Source: a virus (taxonomy: Duplodnaviria; Caudoviricetes). Taken from it: a stretch of DNA of 30,710 nt. A program made the translations under genes and the position numbers. The DNA is taken from positions 1 through 30,710 of the IMG/VR virus record IMGVR_UViG_3300016472_000051. One strand, written 5' to 3'. Under the pieces are notes generated by a model. It saw only the letters and a program-made list of their open reading frames with translations, was not told the origin of the DNA and made no database searches. This document shows positions 25,337 to 30,710 of this stretch, piece by piece; position 1 is the first letter of the stretch; every line of letters begins with the position of its first letter.

Positions 25337-25879
25337 ATGCCCATAGGTTCGTATTCTGCCTTCCGCGACATCATACGGATGGTCTTGATGCAAAACCCGT
25401 CAAGCGTCCTCGACCTTGGCGTCGGGCACGGCATCAATGGTGCCGGCGTGCGAAACTGGCTCGACCTTGGGTATAAGTACAAGACGCGGCTTGTCGGCGT
25501 GGAGGGCTTTGCCGACTATTACAGCCCTTTGTGGGACTGTTACGACAAGGTGCATGTTATGGACATACGGAATTTTTTGGCCGACAATAAAGAAAAGTTC
25601 GACTGTATCATCATGACGGATGTCCTTGAGCATTTCGACAAGCTTGAGGGTGAGACGATCCTGCAAATGGCTGAGGCTTCATTAAATCCGGGCGGCGGTT
25701 TACTAATTAGTACACCCGCCGTGTGGATCGAGCAAGGTGACGCCTACGGCAATGAATTTGAGCGGCATAAATCGCTATGGCATTGGACCGACTTCATAGG
25801 CCATGAGATTGTGAAGGACGGCCGCGAGGATGACATGGGATACATGATGCTGGTGGTCAAAATTACCAAACCCGCCTAA
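25337..25879 (+). CDS. Class I SAM-dependent methyltransferase (small-molecule/sugar type)
   Basis: VLDLGVGHG motif I, VGVE, FDCIIMTDVLEHF, LNPGGGLLISTP. No DPPY/NPPY or PC DNA-MTase motif. Confidence 0.85.
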   Translation: MPIGSYSAFRDIIRMVLMQNPSSVLDLGVGHGINGAGVRNWLDLGYKYKTRLVGVEGFADYYSPLWDCYDKVHVMDIRNFLADNKEKFDCIIMTDVLEHFDKLEGETILQMAEASLNPGGGLLISTPAVWIEQGDAYGNEFERHKSLWHWTDFIGHEIVKDGREDDMGYMMLVVKITKPA

Positions 25880-25881
25880 AT

Positions 25882-26874
25882 ATGAAGGTGCTTAACAGTA
25901 TCCACCTATACCCTCCTGAGCATCTATGCGGGGCCGAGTTTATGGCCCACTGGATGAACAAGTACATGCACGGCCAGGGAGATGAAGTTAGGGTCTTGCT
26001 GCATCAAGCGCGGCACTACCGGATTGAGTCCATGTACGTCTATGATGGCATAGATGTATTCCCACCGGAGCAGCTGCTGATTGAGAAGTTGTTTCTGTGG
26101 TCAGATGCCGTTTTCACCCATCTCGATTACACGGACTGGACGATCTCGATGGGTCAGCTATTCAAACGTCCGATCTTTCACCTCATCCACAACACGCATA
26201 CATATGGGAAGATAGTGATGGCCGATGACCCGCAGTTCATCGTGTACAACAGCCAATGGGCGCATGAGATGTTGGGCTACAAGCACGAAAGCATTGTGGT
26301 CCATCCACCTTGCGACTGGAGGCACTACGATGTGCAGATGGACACGTCGCTGAACTATTACATCACCCTCATCAACCTCGACCAAAACAAGGGCGGGCAT
26401 ATCCTTCGCAAGATTGCCGAGGCAATGCCTGACCGGAAGTTTCTCGGCGTGATGGGCAGTTATTCCGAACCGGCGAATATCGGCCAGCATGTCAATCAGC
26501 CGAACAATGTGAAAGTGGTTCCAAAGACGGATGACATACGGCAATACTATCGGCAGACGCGGATCCTCATCATGCCGTCGGAATACGAGAGCTGGGGCCG
26601 GACGGCAACTGAGGCGATGTGTTCCGGCATCCCCGTCATTAGCTCGGGAACGCCGGGCCTTCGGGAGAACTGCGGCACGGCTGGCATCTATGTCGACAGG
26701 GATGACATTGCAGGGTGGGTGAAGGCTATTGAGAGCCTCGACCATCACAAGGCGTATAACAAATGGCGGCGGCGGTCCTTTGAGCGCAGCCGCGAGCTGG
26801 ACCCACAGGCAGAACTTGCGGCATTGCGTATCTTTGTTGGCGATAGCATCAACAAGTACAAAGCGCGGGCATGA
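25882..26874 (+). CDS. GT-B fold glycosyltransferase, GT4-like
   Basis: YPP...GAE N-terminal motif, NS.W, KGG, MPSEYESWGRTATEAMCSGIPVI (EX7E), GL.E..G.AG. Confidence 0.9.
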   Translation: MKVLNSIHLYPPEHLCGAEFMAHWMNKYMHGQGDEVRVLLHQARHYRIESMYVYDGIDVFPPEQLLIEKLFLWSDAVFTHLDYTDWTISMGQLFKRPIFHLIHNTHTYGKIVMADDPQFIVYNSQWAHEMLGYKHESIVVHPPCDWRHYDVQMDTSLNYYITLINLDQNKGGHILRKIAEAMPDRKFLGVMGSYSEPANIGQHVNQPNNVKVVPKTDDIRQYYRQTRILIMPSEYESWGRTATEAMCSGIPVISSGTPGLRENCGTAGIYVDRDDIAGWVKAIESLDHHKAYNKWRRRSFERSRELDPQAELAALRIFVGDSINKYKARA

Positions 26875-27383
26875 ATCTATTGGTCGACAGCGAGATCCTG
26901 CAGGACTACACGACGGAGCCGGTGGCACTTGCGACCGCCAAGGCGTACATGAAAGTCGAGTTCACGGATGACGATGCGCTGATTACTTCGCTGATTAAGA
27001 ACGCCCGCATCTGGCTGGAGAATTACACGGGCAAGTCATACGGCACGCGGTCGGTCAAGCTGATCGTGGAGATGAATGCTTATGAGTTCTACGACCTCCC
27101 TGGACCTGTGCAATCGGTCGACAGCGTCTGCGTGGATGGGATTTACATTTCGCCGGATAATTACACCCTTTACGGCACGCAGTTAAAAGTGCCTTACACG
27201 GGCGTGGCTGAGATTTATCTCACGTATGGGTTCACGTCGATTCCTGAGGACGCAAAAAACGACATACTAGCCATCACGGCCTACACCTATCAGAACAGGG
27301 GTATCGACCTCTCGAATGAGAACGCGAACCTCGTGGACTTCCCCATGCTCGCCACGCAATACCAAAGGAGGGTTCCGATATGA
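26871..27383 (+). CDS. Head-tail connector (HK97 gp6 / SPP1 gp15-like)
   Basis: EPVALATAKAYMKVE..DDDALITSLIKNARIWLENYTG...IPED.K..IL......YQNRG. Confidence 0.88.
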   Translation: MNLLVDSEILQDYTTEPVALATAKAYMKVEFTDDDALITSLIKNARIWLENYTGKSYGTRSVKLIVEMNAYEFYDLPGPVQSVDSVCVDGIYISPDNYTLYGTQLKVPYTGVAEIYLTYGFTSIPEDAKNDILAITAYTYQNRGIDLSNENANLVDFPMLATQYQRRVPI

Positions 27384-27907
27384 CGTTGAAGCTGGAAGGT
27401 GTGCAGACGGTGCTTAACAAGCTCGCCAAGGTCGATGATGACCTCACCAAGAGCATCGACGGAGTCATGCTGTCGGCATCGAATGACATGGTCAGGATTG
27501 CCAAGCGTGCGGCACCTTTCAACTTTGGACAGCTGCACAACAGCATCGGGCAGGAAAGGGTCAGTAACATGCGCTACACAATCTTCGCCACTGCCTTCCA
27601 CGCCCCTTTCATCGAATTCGGCACCGGCCCTAAGGTATCCGTGCCTGCTGAATTGCAAGACGTCGCGCAGGCGGTCAAGACTCGCAAGGGGCAGGGCAAA
27701 TGGAAGGACTTTGTGAACGACATCCTCCTATGGGGCGAAAAGAAGGGAATCATTAAGAAGGGAGACAAAGGCCATGCGTATGCCATAGCTCGGAAGATCT
27801 ACAGGAACGGCATCACCCCGCAGCCATATCTTTACCCCTCATTTTTGTCCGTAAAACCTCGGTTAATTCGCGACATCAAGGACCTAATTCGAGGGATAAA
27901 ATTATAG
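27380..27907 (+). CDS. HK97 gp10-like neck/tail component
   Basis: AKRAAP...GQLHNSI, APFIEFGTG, G..PQPYLYPSF. Confidence 0.85.
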   Translation: MTLKLEGVQTVLNKLAKVDDDLTKSIDGVMLSASNDMVRIAKRAAPFNFGQLHNSIGQERVSNMRYTIFATAFHAPFIEFGTGPKVSVPAELQDVAQAVKTRKGQGKWKDFVNDILLWGEKKGIIKKGDKGHAYAIARKIYRNGITPQPYLYPSFLSVKPRLIRDIKDLIRGIKL

Positions 27908-27908
27908 A

Positions 27909-28334
27909 ATGAAGAGTCCGGGCAAGGCACTCAGGGAGGCGTATATGACGGCATTGTCATCGTTGACATACGACGGCAAGGCGATCAAGGTGTACGAGTT
28001 CATGCCCATCGAGACGCTGCCCGATGCGTATGTGTATATCAACAGCATGTCATCGGTGCAAGTCGGGAATAATCATCTGTTCATTCATACGGCCTCGGTG
28101 ACTTTGGACGTGGTGGTCAGGCAGTACAAAAAGATGGATTATGACAAGCTCGACGGCATCGCCACTGAGGTCATTAACACCATCCTCCCATATCCCTACA
28201 GCACAATTACCAATGCTGACTTCCAATTCATGAACCCGACACTGGAGAGCAGCACGTACCTGATCGAGCAGGACGGCTCGACCCACATTGTCAGGAATAT
28301 CCTTAGATTTGCTCAAAGTTTAATACAGAAATAA
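27909..28334 (+). CDS. Tail completion/terminator protein
   Basis: 141 aa between the gp10-like and tail tube genes; YVYI...VTLDVV pattern. Confidence 0.7.
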   Translation: MKSPGKALREAYMTALSSLTYDGKAIKVYEFMPIETLPDAYVYINSMSSVQVGNNHLFIHTASVTLDVVVRQYKKMDYDKLDGIATEVINTILPYPYSTITNADFQFMNPTLESSTYLIEQDGSTHIVRNILRFAQSLIQK

Positions 28335-28772
28335 ATGGCTAATATCCTCGGAACGGCGCAAAACATCGAAGTCGATTTCGCGCCAACAAGCAGCTACAAA
28401 ACGCTCATCTGCCTTCGCACCTCGTCCGTCAACACCACTCTCACGGTGAACGAGGACGAGACCAACTGCGGCAAGCTGACCAGCGTCGGCGAACCCGGTT
28501 TCACATTCGACTTTGATGCGGTCTGTGAGACCACGCAGACGGGGAGCCAAGCGTCTTATGATGACTGCCTCTCGGCCATCGTCAACAAGACGAAGGTGAA
28601 GGTCAGGTATCAGAACCCTGTCGTGACCGGTTCGTCCATCGGCACTGTGTACCATCATGAGTGCGATGCGTATTTCACGAGCCTGACCCTGAACCAGGAC
28701 GCGGCGGGTGGCGCATACATTTCGTTCAGTGGTACCATCCAGTCGACCGGCACGCTAGACATCACACCCTAA
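28335..28772 (+). CDS. Major tail tube protein
   Basis: 145 aa: ICLRTSSVNTT....ETNCG...FDFDAV...AYFTSLTL....ISFSGTIQSTG; precedes the tail assembly chaperones. Confidence 0.8.
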   Translation: MANILGTAQNIEVDFAPTSSYKTLICLRTSSVNTTLTVNEDETNCGKLTSVGEPGFTFDFDAVCETTQTGSQASYDDCLSAIVNKTKVKVRYQNPVVTGSSIGTVYHHECDAYFTSLTLNQDAAGGAYISFSGTIQSTGTLDITP

Positions 28773-28785
28773 CCCTTAACGCTGC

Positions 28786-29133
28786 ATGAACGGATACATA
28801 CAAGCCCACGTCCTCGGGAGGATGCGGGGGCTAAAGTTTGGCATGATTGCGCTGCAACAGATCAGCCTTGAGAGTGCGAAGCTGGGCAAGGTCCTTGGCA
28901 GTTCAGTCGACATTGCGATGGTCCCGGTCATCGTTTATTGGGGACTTTGGAATAACTGCTATGTCAAGCGCGAGGACCCCGACTTTGACTTCGAGGCCGT
29001 CGCGAATTGGGTAGATGACAATGTAACAAAGCCCGAACTGTTGACGCCGATCATTGAATGTTTATATCAATCTCGGTCCGTTCCTGCGGAAGAGGGTGCG
29101 GCCGTGAAGGATGAAAAAAAAAGTACGACCTGA
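28786..29133 (+). CDS. Tail assembly chaperone (gpG-like)
   Basis: Lies between the tail tube and tape measure genes; ends EKK at an A9 slippery run. Confidence 0.8.
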   Translation: MNGYIQAHVLGRMRGLKFGMIALQQISLESAKLGKVLGSSVDIAMVPVIVYWGLWNNCYVKREDPDFDFEAVANWVDDNVTKPELLTPIIECLYQSRSVPAEEGAAVKDEKKSTT

Positions 29134-29450
29134 CAACAGCCGCCGGATGGGACCAGCTCCGGCGGCATGTCCAGGGCGAGATAGGCCGGCAGGATTACGA
29201 CGCGCTGACGATGCGCGAGGTGTCGTTAATCATGCAGGGATATCAGGACAGACAAGTGCATGACTATCGGCAGACGCGGCTCATCATGTTTGTAATGACG
29301 AGATTGCTAGGGGATAGTAAGAAGGCACCGAAGACGCCGGAAGAGTTGTGGGAACTTCCGGGAGATAGTAAAGGCAACCCACGCGAGGAGGAGATACTGG
29401 AGCTGTTAAAGCAATTCAGAGAGAAGCATGGCGGAGCAGCTACAGATTAA
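29121..29450 (+). CDS. Tail assembly chaperone frameshift extension (gpT part of gpGT)
   Basis: The -1 frame is open from the A-run (KYDLTTAAGWDQLRRH...DALTMREVSLIMQGY...PEELWELPGD) to TAA 29450. Confidence 0.75.
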   Translation, partial: KYDLTTAAGWDQLRRHVQGEIGRQDYDALTMREVSLIMQGYQDRQVHDYRQTRLIMFVMTRLLGDSKKAPKTPEELWELPGDSKGNPREEEILELLKQFREKHGGAATD

Positions 29451-30710
29451 CATCGGGGCCAATACAGCCGACCTTGAGGCCGGGCTGAACCGGTCAGTCA
29501 CTGCCGTCGGCAAATTCGACGCCGCCGTCAAAAAGACCACGGCCGCATCTGGTCAGGCGAATCAGGCCTTGGTCAATCTCGGGCGCGTGGCATCGGATGC
29601 GCCGTTCGGGTTCATCGCCATTCAGAACAACATTGAGCCGCTAATACAAGCATTCGGCTCACTGAAGGCATCGACAGGCACCACAGGCGGCGCGCTGAAG
29701 GCACTGGCCAGCAGCCTCGCCGGCCCGACGGGTGTACTCCTAGCCTTCAGCGTCGTATCGTCGGCCGTCACAGTTGCCATCCAAAAGTACGGGAGCCTGG
29801 GCGGGGCGGTGAATGCTCTTTTTGGCAATTACGACAAGCTCGACGAACAGATTAACAGGGCGGGCAAGAGTCTCGATAAGTACAACGAACAGCTGCAATC
29901 CTCAGCCGACATCACAGCACAGGCGGCTGGATCGGTGCAGGGCGAGGCTACAAGGGTGCAGACCCTTGCCAAGATAGTGCAGGACCAGACGGCGAGCTAT
30001 GACCGGCGTAACGCGGCACTGAAGGAACTGCAAAGCATCAGTAAGGAGAATTTCGGCCTGTTCGACATTGAGAAGGGCAAGCTCGAAGGTCTGACGGGTG
30101 CTGTACAGTCATACACCCAGTCCCTTGTGCAGGCGGCTGTGGCCAAAGGTTTCGAGAAGCAGATAGGTGATATATCGGTACAGCTCAACATCCAGCGCAA
30201 CCTTTACAAGGAGCTAGAGGTGGCTGCGACTAGGGCGCAAGAGGCGCAGCGCAAGGGGACGCAGGCCCTTCCAGGCCTTGCGGCGGCACAGGGGCAGGCA
30301 CAGCTAAGCACAGCGGCCGCGGATGCGACCAAGCGATTGCAGCAGCAGGGCGTGGTCATCCGCAACCTTGAGGCTCAACTGAAGAGCGCGACTTCGGCCC
30401 TTGAGGGGGCTGTGACCGAACAGAACAAGATTGTCGCGCCCACTATCGCAGCGGCTGAGGCGGCAAGGAAGCAGGCCGAGGCAGACCGCGAGGCCACAAA
30501 GCAACTAAAGGAGCGGGCCAAAGCCGCTGCCGAGCTAGAGAAGCGGCTCGCCGCACCCATCCGCGAGCGGTTCACGCAGGCTCCTGACATCGAAGCTCAA
30601 CAGATAGCGCAGCGCATCCTGCCCGAGCGACAGGGCTTCGAGTTCGACGTCAGGATTCCCGATGAAGCCAAGCAGCGGGTCCTCACCACCATCAAGGAGA
30701 TAGATGCCAA
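29428..30710 (+). CDS. Tape measure protein, 3'-truncated (not in ORF track because no stop is in the window)
   Basis: ATG 29428: MAEQLQINIGANTADLEAGLNRS...LGRVASDAPFGFIAIQNNI...; Ala/Gln/Lys-rich helical; appears open to the window end. Confidence 0.9.
   Translation, partial: MAEQLQINIGANTADLEAGLNRSVTAVGKFDAAVKKTTAASGQANQALVNLGRVASDAPFGFIAIQNNIEPLIQAFGSLKASTGTTGGALKALASSLAGPTGVLLAFSVVSSAVTVAIQKYGSLGGAVNALFGNYDKLDEQINRAGKSLDKYNEQLQSSADITAQAAGSVQGEATRVQTLAKIVQDQTASYDRRNAALKELQSISKENFGLFDIEKGKLEGLTGAVQSYTQSLVQAAVAKGFEKQIGDISVQLNIQRNLYKELEVAATRAQEAQRKGTQALPGLAAAQGQAQLSTAAADATKRLQQQGVVIRNLEAQLKSATSALEGAVTEQNKIVAPTIAAAEAARKQAEADREATKQLKERAKAAAELEKRLAAPIRERFTQAPDIEAQQIAQRILPERQGFEFDVRIPDEAKQRVLTTIKEIDA

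Noticed and set aside
25337-25879. DNA methyltransferase / restriction-modification interpretation
   Set aside because: Lacks DPPY/NPPY or PC catalytic motifs; the DVLEH motif fits small-molecule/sugar MTases.
26158-26928. 256-aa minus-strand ORF
   Set aside because: Antisense to the glycosyltransferase; explained by codon bias of the + strand gene.
1-30710. Alternative genetic code / stop-codon reassignment
   Set aside because: Genes are full length and densely packed under the standard code, and TAA, TAG and TGA all serve as terminal stops.

Overview
The window is a near-complete, circularly permuted genome of a small siphovirus with an HK97-type head. The host is most likely in Bacteroidota: TAnnTTTG promoter boxes, A-rich starts without Shine-Dalgarno sequences, and signal peptides followed by Gln. 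All credible genes are on the + strand. Order: distal tail genes (1-6.7 kb); lysis module with CHAP endolysin, holin-like genes and a u-spanin (6.7-9.0 kb); early/replication genes (HTH, SSB-like, tRNA-like RNA, PD-(D/E)XK nuclease, SF2 helicase, DUF3310, VRR-NUC, metallophosphoesterase, primase-helicase, iteron origin; 9.1-19.1 kb); packaging and head genes (19.1-25.2 kb); an inserted methyltransferase + GT4 glycosyltransferase pair; neck and tail genes; and a tape measure gene running off the end. No integrase or family A/B DNA polymerase is visible. The best candidate for an undescribed system is the tail-fibre module. The fibre and its two downstream partners all carry Sec-type signal peptides, and the fibre N-terminus is packed with Bacteroidota O-glycosylation sequons D-(S/T)-(A/I/L/V/M/T). 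This suggests export to the periplasm for host glycosylation, alongside a phage-encoded MTase/GT cassette in the head operon. All product calls come from motif recognition by eye; no database searches were run.
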